A stretch of DNA of 40,778 nucleotides, from the IMG/VR virus record IMGVR_UViG_3300045988_096734, positions 1-40,778 of that record, one strand, 5' to 3'. Shown here piece after piece: positions 6,524 through 14,983 of the stretch. The notes under the pieces are model-generated. The model searched no databases. It was given only the letters and a program-made list of their open reading frames with translations, and was not told the origin of the DNA. The DNA is from a virus. Position numbers and translations under genes: made by a program. Positions within the stretch are counted from its first letter, which is position 1. Each line of letters starts with the position of its first letter.

Positions 6524-7380
6524 TACGGCATCACCCCCGGAATATCCTCAAAACTAATCTGATTATCTCTTTCAAAGACAATCATCTCATTTTTGGCTCT
6601 CTGATAAAAATTGCGGTCAATCTCAAATCCGAATGCACTTCTTCCGATCTCTGCGGCTGCTCTTAAGGTACTACCGCTGCCACAGCAAGGATCAATCACT
6701 ACATCACCGGGATCAGTAAAAATCTCAATCAGCTTTTTAAGGACTGCTACAGGCTTTTGTGCTGGATGAATTTTCGGAATATCTTTTCCGTCTTTCTCCC
6801 AACTGAACCAGTTAAAAATCATTTTTCCAGTGCCACGGATCGTCTTTCCGTCCTCGTCAACCTTTGCACCGTTCCGGAACTTCGGCAGCTTTTCACGGTA
6901 GAACACAAGAGCATATTCAGTAGCACCAACCACACGCATATTTGCCTTAAGCACCTGCGGACTGTAATTTTTAACAAATACTAGCGGTATGTAATGGACG
7001 AATCCATGTTTATATGCGGCATCAATCAGCGTAGGCATCTGTTCAAAAGAGCAGAACACGATCATGCAAGGACTGTTGCTACTTCTTCCCCTGGTAACGC
7101 TATTCTTGTCTTCCTTTTTCAGCATCTTTGAGCAGAAATGGAAATACTCATACAGATTGAAGTTGAAATCAGAATTGAATGCTGCCTTTCCTGCAAGTTT
7201 GCTTTCACCGTTCTTGTTATCCCCACCGTTGTACCACATAGGGTTACTGCCGTAGAAATTCTTGCCGACATTATACGGGACATCGGCAATGATAAGCTGT
7301 GCCGGAGGTATGGCATATTTCTTATAGTTCTGCATTGAATCTCTGTAAATCTCACATTTTAATTTTTTCATTTTTTTCAA
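6523..7380 (-). CDS. DNA methyltransferase, N6/N4 type with an atypical DVPY motif IV
   Basis: 285 aa. Contains LIIADVPYNVG ... IHPAQKPVAVLKKLIEIFTDPGDVVIDPCCGSGSTLRAA. The stop overlaps the next MTase start. Confidence 0.8.
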   Translation of the reverse strand: MKKMKKLKCEIYRDSMQNYKKYAIPPAQLIIADVPYNVGKNFYGSNPMWYNGGDNKNGESKLAGKAAFNSDFNFNLYEYFHFCSKMLKKEDKNSVTRGRSSNSPCMIVFCSFEQMPTLIDAAYKHGFVHYIPLVFVKNYSPQVLKANMRVVGATEYALVFYREKLPKFRNGAKVDEDGKTIRGTGKMIFNWFSWEKDGKDIPKIHPAQKPVAVLKKLIEIFTDPGDVVIDPCCGSGSTLRAAAEIGRSAFGFEIDRNFYQRAKNEMIVFERDNQISFEDIPGVMP

Positions 7381-7431
7381 GGAGACCGCATATGCTTCAC
7401 TCTGGCCAGAGTCTCGGCTCCTTTCTTGGTT

Positions 7432-7647
7432 TTATCTAACTATCGTTTCTGCTTGTTCCTTGTACATCTTCCCCGCCATCTGCACCAGATAGTGCTGTAA
7501 GGCTTCATCCACGCTGACACGATGCTTGGTACAGTAGCGGTCAACGTACCGCTTAAAGTCGTTATTTTTTTGATAAAGTACTTCATATTCATCAAACTTA
7601 ACCTCGATATTTTCAATGTTGGTACAATCAACTCGTTCCATCTGCAT
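7432..7647 (-). CDS. Hypothetical protein
   Basis: ATG 7647 (MQMERVDCTN...) overlaps the upstream TGA, with AAGGAG 5 nt upstream. The track start at 7671 is probably too far upstream. Confidence 0.65.
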   Translation of the reverse strand: MQMERVDCTNIENIEVKFDEYEVLYQKNNDFKRYVDRYCTKHRVSVDEALQHYLVQMAGKMYKEQAETIVR

Positions 7648-8261
7648 CACACTCCTTCCGGCTTCTCGCACCGTTCAAATTCGATAACCCACACCCACGG
7701 ATTAGCGCCCCAACCGTAGCGGTCAATGTCGGATTTCTTGATGGTGCTGTTCCAAATCCCTATAAACGATGTGATTGTTTGGTCTTCATTTAATGTTCCA
7801 TTTGCATGAATGTACTTATCTGCTCCCTCAGTTAAAGCACTCTCTGCGGTTATTTCCTGCAACCGCTCTACCCTCACGTCCATAACCCGGAGCCAGATAC
7901 GTGCGGCTTGTTTTGGCATGTTGGTGGACGGGTGCCATGTGCAAAGGAAATCATTATCATCTGCTTTGTAATAATATCTTTCTTTTGCATTCATCAAATA
8001 TCCCTTACACCATGTTTCCCGGACATACAGGAGGTCACCCGGACAGATAGGACAGGTTCTCTCCACTGTACTTAACTGTTCCATATGCTCCTTATCAGCA
8101 AAGTTATGTACTGCATAAGTTCTCTTGTCGGCATTGTAAAATTCCATATCCGGCACGGTATACTCATTTGCATCTTTGCATATACGCCGGGTGCAGGTCT
8201 TCCGCCCATCCAGAATCGCCCGAACCATCTCTGTATTGAATAAAATCGGTTTAATTGCCAC
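7647..8261 (-). CDS. ASCH-like domain protein
   Basis: 204 aa. The N-terminus MAIKPILFNTEMVRAILDGRKTCTRR matches the pattern I associate with ASCH/PUA-like phage proteins. Confidence 0.6.
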   Translation of the reverse strand: MAIKPILFNTEMVRAILDGRKTCTRRICKDANEYTVPDMEFYNADKRTYAVHNFADKEHMEQLSTVERTCPICPGDLLYVRETWCKGYLMNAKERYYYKADDNDFLCTWHPSTNMPKQAARIWLRVMDVRVERLQEITAESALTEGADKYIHANGTLNEDQTITSFIGIWNSTIKKSDIDRYGWGANPWVWVIEFERCEKPEGV

Positions 8262-8583
8262 CTACTCCACCGCCTTTCACGATCTGGATTGCCTTACTAA
8301 TAAGGCATACCGTGCAGTCCGATGCTTTACACTCTTCTCCAAAACAATCTATGTTCACTGGTGATGTCATTATTTTTTCAACTTCTTCCAACTGTTCCAC
8401 AACCTTTTCCGGGTCGTATATCTTACTCTCTGCAAATGCTTTTTCCATCATCTCTGCGGTCTCCTGCTCATAGTTACCACAGCAGGTATTCATATCCGCA
8501 AGACAACGCTGGAAGAACTCTGCAAATCGGTCTGTGTTATAGTCCACTTCAAATGCCTCTGGAATATCAATCAGTATTTTCAT
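8251..8583 (-). CDS. Hypothetical Cys-containing protein
   Basis: ATG 8583 follows a GGAGGG RBS (MKILIDIPEAFEV...), 110 aa. Confidence 0.7.
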   Translation of the reverse strand: MKILIDIPEAFEVDYNTDRFAEFFQRCLADMNTCCGNYEQETAEMMEKAFAESKIYDPEKVVEQLEEVEKIMTSPVNIDCFGEECKASDCTVCLISKAIQIVKGGGVGGN

Positions 8584-8700
8584 CGTTCGCCCTCCTGTAA
8601 ATGATAGTCTGCATTGAATCATATAAACCTAATCTTTCCAAAAAGTAATCTGACAAAAACACCAAAAGAATGATACATATAACATCTTCAATCAGTCTCA
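8563..8700 (-). CDS. Possible small hydrophobic protein (45 aa)
   Basis: My translation reads MRLIEDVICIILLVFLSDYFLERLGLYDSMQTIIYRRANDENTD. It is preceded by the same ACAGGAGGGCGAACGATGA initiation block as the next gene. Confidence 0.4.
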
Positions 8701-8858
8701 TCGTTCGCCCTCCTGTTACATGCTTCAATCAGCTTTTCTTCATTGTAATCTTCTTTCAACATCATCATTCTTCCACAATTCATGCATTTTACGTAAAATT
8801 CGCATAAGATAGCACTTTTTTTCTTACATGATGGACACGGCTTAAGTTCTTCTCTCAT
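8691..8858 (-). CDS. Small zinc-ribbon protein, Lar-like (restriction-alleviation family pattern)
   Basis: My translation reads MREELKPCPSCKKKSAILCEFYVKCMNCGRMMMLKEDYNEEKLIEACNRRANDETD (55 aa, below the track threshold). LKPCPxC...C..CG resembles Lar-family N-termini. ATGA overlap with the upstream stop. Confidence 0.5.
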
Positions 8859-9193
8859 TCTTCATCACTCCAATCAATGTGCTGTCCACAATCTCTACAA
8901 AAAGAACCGCTTCTTACAACTCGTTTGCAATTAGGACACCAATATGCATCTTGAAGAAAATCTGCATTATCTACGAAATTTGTATATTTTTTATAATCAA
9001 TAAGTGTTGGTTTCTTCGCCGTCTGCTTCTCCACAGCTTCACGGCATTCCTCCACCGTGCCGATCTGTCGGTACTGCTGCACCTCTTCTAGTGCCTTGAT
9101 TGCCATATCTACCGCTTCTGCCATACGCACTGGAATCATTCCACTATGAGGTTTAATATTTTGAAATTCTCTTATTGCTTCATTCTCCGTCAT
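8855..9193 (-). CDS. Hypothetical protein with a C-terminal zinc ribbon
   Basis: 112 aa, containing CPNCKRVVRSGSFCRDCGQHIDW. Confidence 0.7.
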   Translation of the reverse strand: MTENEAIREFQNIKPHSGMIPVRMAEAVDMAIKALEEVQQYRQIGTVEECREAVEKQTAKKPTLIDYKKYTNFVDNADFLQDAYWCPNCKRVVRSGSFCRDCGQHIDWSDEE

Positions 9194-9195
9194 GG

Positions 9196-9639
9196 CTACT
9201 CCTCCAACAGTTCCTGATTGTCAAATACATTACCGATAATTTCTACACCAAACGCATGAATCCAGTAACCCAAGTCTTTCCTGTAATTTTTACTATATGT
9301 GCCTGACCAATTTACATAAAAACCGACATGTTCTGTTTTCTCACTATTAAAGCAACTTTTATAACTACCATATCTGATGGGTGCTGTTTCACCGGTCAAG
9401 AGATTTTTTAGAATGTCATTCTCCCAAATCAGATTATCGTTCTTTACCTTAATTCCGGTGCTCTGGCAAATGGTATTAGAATCAACCTCTTGGTGAAAAC
9501 CGATATATGATATATGGTCTTTCCCCATGTTTGTAATAAAATAAGCATTGGTTTTTTCACAGTAAGACAATCCACCAAATACCCATTTGCCATCATCTTT
9601 TCGTTTTGCCTTGAATAAATATCTATCCTGCATCCTCAT
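9196..9639 (-). CDS. YopX-family protein
   Basis: 147 aa. The KWVFGGL... start and C-terminal IIGNVFDNQELLEE are typical of YopX. Confidence 0.75.
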   Translation of the reverse strand: MRMQDRYLFKAKRKDDGKWVFGGLSYCEKTNAYFITNMGKDHISYIGFHQEVDSNTICQSTGIKVKNDNLIWENDILKNLLTGETAPIRYGSYKSCFNSEKTEHVGFYVNWSGTYSKNYRKDLGYWIHAFGVEIIGNVFDNQELLEE

Positions 9640-9929
9640 TCCTCACTTTCTTTCTGTAACCATGACAGACAACTTTGTTCTCTCTCATATTCCTTACCAA
9701 AACGGTTGTCAAAATTGATAATAAAATCTGCCAACTCCTCGTCCGTCATGCTCCTGATCCGGTCTGCGTTGGTCATTTTTGATTTGTAATTGTGAGCAAA
9801 AAGCCTTTTTTCATCCTTTGTAAGCCACTTAATCCATTTTCCGCATTTATTACAATAAAGTCCTGTTTGATATCCTTTCTCTTCAATAAAACCTTTTACA
9901 ATTCCGCATTTATTACAAGTCACTGTCAT
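9636..9929 (-). CDS. Zinc-ribbon protein with a DRIRSMTDEELA motif
   Basis: 97 aa, with CNKCG...CNKCGKW and then NADRIRSMTDEELADFI. Confidence 0.7.
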   Translation of the reverse strand: MTVTCNKCGIVKGFIEEKGYQTGLYCNKCGKWIKWLTKDEKRLFAHNYKSKMTNADRIRSMTDEELADFIINFDNRFGKEYEREQSCLSWLQKESEE

Positions 9930-9933
9930 TCTT

Positions 9934-10155
9934 CTACCTCGCTTTCTTCAACTTCCGCAGGACATATAATAGTGTCATCGCCAACTCCTTGTCCGTCATG
10001 CTCTGGATTTCATCTGCTCTAGTCATGGGTGCGTAATTTTCACAGTCTCTTTCTATGTCCTCATGCGGACAGTCATTGATTTTCTCGCACCATGAGTACG
10101 CATCAAAACCATTATCCTTTGTTTCTAAATTCTTGCAGTTATTACACTTCGCCAT
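9934..10155 (-). CDS. Small Cys-rich protein with the same MTD(E/K)ELA motif
   Basis: 73 aa, with MAKCNNCKN...C and RADEIQSMTDKELAMTLL. The C-terminal half is paralogous to 9636..9929. Confidence 0.7.
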   Translation of the reverse strand: MAKCNNCKNLETKDNGFDAYSWCEKINDCPHEDIERDCENYAPMTRADEIQSMTDKELAMTLLYVLRKLKKAR

Positions 10156-10504
10156 TATCTACCTCGCTTTCCCGGTACGGCTCCGGCAGTGGCATCCAGG
10201 CAATAACTTCAAATGTAATTGTCTCTCCGTCTGCATTGTTCCATCCGTGACCGTCATATCCGACAAAATACGGAAGTATATTTTCAAAATCCGTTTGTGT
10301 TGACGGCTCACAATCCATAACAGTTACCAAACATCCATATGATTCCTCCGGCAGTCTCTCGCTTACCGGAATCCACACCGGCTGATTCTGTAAGGCGGTG
10401 ATTGCCATTTGTAATGCTTCCTCACACAACTCAGAATCCCCAAAGTCATCTGAAAGCATATTGACTAATTGCTTAAGCATTTTGATAGCTTCTTCTCTTT
10501 TCAT
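10142..10504 (-). CDS. DUF551-like protein
   Basis: 120 aa. WIPVSERLPEE ... WMPLPEPY is the DUF551 signature. Confidence 0.75.
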   Translation of the reverse strand: MKREEAIKMLKQLVNMLSDDFGDSELCEEALQMAITALQNQPVWIPVSERLPEESYGCLVTVMDCEPSTQTDFENILPYFVGYDGHGWNNADGETITFEVIAWMPLPEPYRESEVDNGEV

Positions 10505-10989
10505 TCCGCACCCTCCATTTCTTTCAGCTTAGCTTCGGCTTCCTCTCCTGTGAGGAATACCGTTTTGCAAAAATCATTTCTTAGCCAAAAAATCTCATCA
10601 ATAGTTTTCATTTTGTATTCTTTAATTTCATAAAATTGTTTTTTACACAAAGGTTTATCTGCATATTGCGGATTAAGCACATAAAAAACTCCACCTTCAT
10701 CGTGACCATTCTTATTACCACACAAATCATCATCACAATGGCTTATTTTAAAGTCATTACATTTACAACAAGCATCTGTATTGTTTTCAATTTTATAAAT
10801 AATCGTGCCCACCTTACACGGCAACCGCAAGAGCAATCCCTGCTCTTCGGCATCCTCATAATCTGCTAATTTTGTAAGTACTTTTGATGCATAATCACTT
10901 ACCACAGGATATCCTTCTCTGTCTATCATTGACTTTTTGCTCATAGCAGTTCCATTAAAATTTCTTTTTCTTTCTGTCAGTCTCTCCAT
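10501..10989 (-). CDS. Hypothetical Cys-rich protein
   Basis: 162 aa, with the LADYEDAEEQGLLLRLPC motif that is common in Firmicute phage early regions. Confidence 0.7.
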   Translation of the reverse strand: MERLTERKRNFNGTAMSKKSMIDREGYPVVSDYASKVLTKLADYEDAEEQGLLLRLPCKVGTIIYKIENNTDACCKCNDFKISHCDDDLCGNKNGHDEGGVFYVLNPQYADKPLCKKQFYEIKEYKMKTIDEIFWLRNDFCKTVFLTGEEAEAKLKEMEGAE

Positions 10990-11171
10990 CCTTGCTCCTT
11001 TCCCATTCCTTCATGGCTTCTCATTCTATTTTTCCATTTGTCGATCTTGTACTTGATGTTATCTTTCACAATGTTTACCAAGATAATCATTCCAAAGATT
11101 ATCCATACAAGCACCAGTAATGCGATCAATATTACTCCAACCATATCTGATAAAGTCACGATAAACTTCAT
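10977..11171 (-). CDS. Small membrane protein
   Basis: 64 aa with one clear TM segment (VGVILIALLVLVWIIFGMIILV). Confidence 0.65.
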   Translation of the reverse strand: MKFIVTLSDMVGVILIALLVLVWIIFGMIILVNIVKDNIKYKIDKWKNRMRSHEGMGKEQGWRD

Positions 11172-11189
11172 TTTGCATCCACTCCTTTC

Positions 11190-11378
11190 TCACGCTCTCA
11201 AAAACTGCTTCGGTATCTGCACTCCGTTTCGGTCATAAAAAGTAAAATCTCTGTACGGGTAATGCCGGTTGTTCCCCACCAGTCGGAAGAATGTCGGTCG
11301 GCTTTCTGAGACTTCCAACAGCCCATCCCCAATATTCGGGTAGCTGTCATTGTCATTCTTCACGGCATATATCTTCAT
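11190..11378 (-). CDS. Hypothetical protein (62 aa)
   Basis: ATG 11378 follows an AAAGGAG RBS (MKIYAVKNDNDSYPNIG...). The longer track ORF start at 11486 lacks an RBS. Confidence 0.6.
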   Translation of the reverse strand: MKIYAVKNDNDSYPNIGDGLLEVSESRPTFFRLVGNNRHYPYRDFTFYDRNGVQIPKQFLRA

Positions 11379-11532
11379 GGTTCTGCTCCTTTGGATAAAT
11401 ATTTCCATATTTCTTGATGTACTCCATGTGATATGACGGTCGCACAATAGCATTGTTCGGCTTTTCCGCCATAGCTTGATAATCACCTGGTATCCAATAA
11501 CTACGGTTACTTGGCGGCAACGGTCTTTTCAT
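11353..11532 (-). CDS. Hypothetical protein (59 aa)
   Basis: Track ORF 11353..11541. ATG 11532 (MKRPLPPSNRSYW...) has AAGGGTG about 9 nt upstream. It overlaps both neighbours. Confidence 0.4.
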   Translation of the reverse strand: MKRPLPPSNRSYWIPGDYQAMAEKPNNAIVRPSYHMEYIKKYGNIYPKEQNHEDICREE

Positions 11533-12124
11533 TTGCATCACCCTTTTTCAGATTTCTGTTAATATACAGATATACTGACTGGAAACTCCTACCCATCTTC
11601 CCGGAGATCTCCTGGTAAGAAAAACCTCTCTGCCAGAGCATCCGAATACGTGCTTTTTCATACTCTGTCCAAAACTCATACGTTTTTCTTTTTTCACCGT
11701 CCGTTCGCTCTGATTTTAATTTATCTGCAAACCACTTTTGATTCTGGAAGAAATACTTATCACAGTCTGCTGCATTCCACAGGTCCTGATTGTTTTTCAT
11801 AAAATCAAACAGAATTTTTTCGGAAGTATGTCTCACACCACCATATTTCCGAGTAGCCAATCCCCGGCGGACCCATGTCTTATTGACAGAATCTTTACTA
11901 ATACCACACAATATGCTTATGTCTGTCATTGTCAGGCGATCAAGGCTGTCTTTCATTCCTGGAAGATCCAGTGCGATCCGTTTGCTTTTTACGCTGGCTA
12001 CTGTTCTGTCAAGAGATTGAGCGATCGTTTCCTGCGGCAGTCCCTTTTCACACATCCTTTCAAGTCTGCTGATTTCTTCCATCGTCCATGACCGGTGTTT
12101 GCTGTACTTCCTGACTGTTCCCAT
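11507..12124 (-). CDS. DNA-binding protein with two Myb/SANT- or sigma-r4-like HTH repeats
   Basis: 205 aa. SWTMEEISRLERMCEKGLPQETIAQSLDRTVASVKSKR and WTEYEKARIRMLWQRGFSYQEISGKMGRSFQSVYLYINR. Confidence 0.65.
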   Translation of the reverse strand: MGTVRKYSKHRSWTMEEISRLERMCEKGLPQETIAQSLDRTVASVKSKRIALDLPGMKDSLDRLTMTDISILCGISKDSVNKTWVRRGLATRKYGGVRHTSEKILFDFMKNNQDLWNAADCDKYFFQNQKWFADKLKSERTDGEKRKTYEFWTEYEKARIRMLWQRGFSYQEISGKMGRSFQSVYLYINRNLKKGDANEKTVAAK

Positions 12125-12356
12125 TCTTCCTCTCTTTCTCCTTTGCTATTTTATAATCTTGCACCGCTCCTATAATTCCACGGTATAAATGCCAAATTGG
12201 ATCATCCACTTGCCGAAACTCCTGCGACTTTGATTCCATTTCTTCAACAAATCTTTCCCACAGGAAATCATCTAATGGAATAAATGCATATCTCCGGGTA
12301 ATATCCCATACTGCAGTGAACACTTTTGAAGCTTTTTCTTTCTCCTGATTGTACAT
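12060..12356 (-). CDS. Hypothetical protein
   Basis: 98 aa with a GAGG RBS before ATG 12356. It is the first gene downstream of the iteron region. Confidence 0.65.
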   Translation of the reverse strand: MYNQEKEKASKVFTAVWDITRRYAFIPLDDFLWERFVEEMESKSQEFRQVDDPIWHLYRGIIGAVQDYKIAKEKERKNGNSQEVQQTPVMDDGRNQQT

Positions 12357-12389
12357 AAAAACCTCTTTTCTATATATAATTTATATATA

Positions 12390-12578
12390 GTGACCATAAT
12401 ATATATATCTGTGACCATTGTATGTGACCGAAGAAATCCAGTGTTTATGCGGGTGTGACCGTGTGACCATACTTTTTTGTAATTCCATAGAACCAAATGA
12501 AAAATTTTTAATTTTCATATTTTTTTATTCGCTTTATATATAGTCATTTTTTTGCGGTCACAGCGGTCACGCGGTCAC
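12390..12578. promoter_or_regulatory. Putative origin of replication: 5 x GTGACC and 3 x GGTCAC (as GCGGTCAC) flanking an AT-rich core
   Basis: GTGACC at 12390, 12411, 12424, 12455 and 12463. GGTCAC at 12556, 12565 and 12573. The A/T-rich stretch 12470-12553 lies between them, with a TATATATAATTTATATATA tract at 12371-12389. The region sits immediately 3' of the helicase gene. Confidence 0.6.
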
Positions 12579-12582
12579 AGAA

Positions 12583-14490
12583 TCATGTAAATGGCAACTG
12601 TTCCTGCATATCTTCCGGTACCTTAATAAAGCCATTCTCGTCCGTCAGATCATCCGGTAACCGCAGCCACACACATTTCGGTGCAATACCACTGAAACGA
12701 CAGGTTTTCGTGGCAATCCCTCGGTTGTCAGGCTGCACAATTTCCCGCTTCACGGCCCACTGAAGGAACCCTTTTCGGGAAAAATTTCCACGCTCCGCGA
12801 TCCGGTCGAATGCTGATGAAATGATCACTACATATCCATCTTTGATACATCCCCACATTTCCCCGCGGTATGCTCCGGTGTCATCCGGTACAAATTTATT
12901 GATGTTGATAGTGATCTCCGACAGAATAAATTCATATGCCCGGTCGTTCTCCGACACATCACCTTTATTCTTGAGAGCATCGGTGCAGCGTTCCAGGTCA
13001 AGGTAGATTCCATCCTGAAAGATCTCATCCGTTGCAATCTTGTCAGCGGTTAGTAGGATGGACAGCGGTATGGACTGTTTTTCCTCTTTCTCCTGATCTT
13101 TTGATTGAGCATATTCGTTTATCTTCCGCAGGAATCCCTCTTGCATGGCTCTTAATTCGTCCAAATCCATATCTTTTATGATGTCAACGAACATTTTACC
13201 TGCGAACCCATAATTCTTGCTTAAAACGCTTACTACGTGGTTTCCGTTCCTGAATATGGATCCGTCATCCATTTCAAAATCAAGGATACGGTTGATAGCC
13301 CCGGCACGCATTGTGTCGTTTGTCAGAGGTCTCTCTATGTTGGTAAGACAGATGTTCTGCCAGGTATTCTGCTTATTCATTCCGAGATTGACGTTGCTGC
13401 GGTCTTTACCTTTTCCGCCACAGAGCAGATAAATAAAATCTGCGAATCCGTCTCCCAACCGATCTCGAACCTTTGACAGATCATCCATCATCAGTGGTAA
13501 GTTGTTTAGAATATCCTCCCTGACTTCCACGGCTACTTGGGTACTGGATGAATCAGTTATGTACTTATTCTCTGCCGGGTTCGCCCATACAGAACACGCT
13601 ACCATCAAAGCAACTGTCTTACCTTTTCCAGTCTCACCCCATAGATTGAGGATAAATGGCAGTGCATTCAGCGGTTTAAGCAGAATACTTGCAAACGCTC
13701 CGACAAGGTATAACTGCGGTTCATATCTGCCAGACTTGCGGATCTGCCGAATAAGCTTCATCCACTCGTCATAACTTCCTTTTGACTGTAAACTCTCGTA
13801 AATATCCTTGAACCGACTCTCTGCATCAAATTCGATTTGCACATCATACGGCATAAATTCTTTCCCGATCCATCCAAATTTTGATGTGGATACCACATTG
13901 TCAATCTGAGTGATATTCAGGTTCTCAAGATCCGATAAAAAACGTACAAGCAACCTTGCATTTTCAGATGTCACTGACACCCCGTATTTAGCCAAAGAAA
14001 CGATTTTATTGCTAGATGCGATAGTTTCCTTATCTACGGTGATTTCTTTCCATTTGAAGCCTTTACAGAACGCTAATCGCACCTTTTCGATTCCCGTCTC
14101 TGCATTGACCAGCCTTTTTGATATGAGAATCGGATGATAGCAGGCAATATGCTCACCCATGAAATCATAAGATCTGACACCGTTCTGATTTGCATACCAG
14201 GAACCGCATGATAACTCATGTCCGTCCTCGAAGTAGTCAAATTCTGTCATTCTGTCATCCATATTGGGTGTATTTTTCTTATCCCGCTCATCCTTTTTTA
14301 TCTGCCGCTCAACTTTGTTATATGCCCGTACCATCGTGTCAAATTTCGTCTTCACACCGAGAAGTTTGGCTCTTTCTTGCAAAGATAAAAGTATACGGCT
14401 CCGCATAATCGGGTCCGTTTCCTCAAACACCTCGTCAAGCACCGCATCTGACATGACGGATTCTGCATCGAGTGTTGCTATTTCAATCAA
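12583..14490 (-). CDS. Replicative P-loop NTPase (SF3/DUF927- or VirE-like helicase, possibly primase-helicase)
   Basis: 635 aa. Walker A is LWGETGKGKTVAL and Walker B-like is LPLMMDDLS. It sits next to the CHC2 primase finger gene. Confidence 0.75.
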   Translation of the reverse strand: MIEIATLDAESVMSDAVLDEVFEETDPIMRSRILLSLQERAKLLGVKTKFDTMVRAYNKVERQIKKDERDKKNTPNMDDRMTEFDYFEDGHELSCGSWYANQNGVRSYDFMGEHIACYHPILISKRLVNAETGIEKVRLAFCKGFKWKEITVDKETIASSNKIVSLAKYGVSVTSENARLLVRFLSDLENLNITQIDNVVSTSKFGWIGKEFMPYDVQIEFDAESRFKDIYESLQSKGSYDEWMKLIRQIRKSGRYEPQLYLVGAFASILLKPLNALPFILNLWGETGKGKTVALMVACSVWANPAENKYITDSSSTQVAVEVREDILNNLPLMMDDLSKVRDRLGDGFADFIYLLCGGKGKDRSNVNLGMNKQNTWQNICLTNIERPLTNDTMRAGAINRILDFEMDDGSIFRNGNHVVSVLSKNYGFAGKMFVDIIKDMDLDELRAMQEGFLRKINEYAQSKDQEKEEKQSIPLSILLTADKIATDEIFQDGIYLDLERCTDALKNKGDVSENDRAYEFILSEITININKFVPDDTGAYRGEMWGCIKDGYVVIISSAFDRIAERGNFSRKGFLQWAVKREIVQPDNRGIATKTCRFSGIAPKCVWLRLPDDLTDENGFIKVPEDMQEQLPFT

Positions 14491-14983
14491 ATAGTTTCAC
14501 CCCCTCTCTATTCATTTCATCCAAAATGTAAAAATCATATTCTAATCGGTTCACTGCTGCGCACCAATCATCAGAAAAAACTGGAAAGCATTTAGCAAAT
14601 AGCTTTTGCATGGGTATGTCCTGCAGTATTTCTTTCTTCCATTGCCGCTTACGTTCCAGTTCTTTCCTCTTTTTCTCTTTCTTTTTTTGTAATTGATACT
14701 CGAATTTTTTCCGCTGCCAATCTGTCTTATGCTCGTACTCGCCGCCCAGCTTCAAAAATGCATCCTTGAATGAGCAATTATCCATCCGCTGAATGAAAGT
14801 GAAAATATCTCCATTCGCCCCACAAGCATGGCAGTGAAAATCTTTCTGGTAGATCTTCATGGATGGGCTGTGATCCCCGGAGTGGAACGGACAGGAGATA
14901 AAACCGGCTCTGTTTGGATGAAAACCATACATTTCCACCACATCACGCATGGAATACTGCTGCTTAATTTCTTCCGCTGTCAT
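14483..14983 (-). CDS. CHC2 zinc-finger protein (DnaG-primase zinc-binding domain only)
   Basis: 166 aa. Contains CPFHSGDHSPSMKIYQKDFHCHACGANGDIFTF. No TOPRIM motifs were seen. Confidence 0.75.
   Translation of the reverse strand: MTAEEIKQQYSMRDVVEMYGFHPNRAGFISCPFHSGDHSPSMKIYQKDFHCHACGANGDIFTFIQRMDNCSFKDAFLKLGGEYEHKTDWQRKKFEYQLQKKKEKKRKELERKRQWKKEILQDIPMQKLFAKCFPVFSDDWCAAVNRLEYDFYILDEMNREGVKLFD

Noticed and set aside
12272-12496. 74-aa minus-strand ORF across the GTGACC repeat region
   Set aside because: It overlaps the iteron/AT-rich region and the 5' end of 12060..12356 out of frame. It has no RBS, and its sequence is dictated by the repeats.
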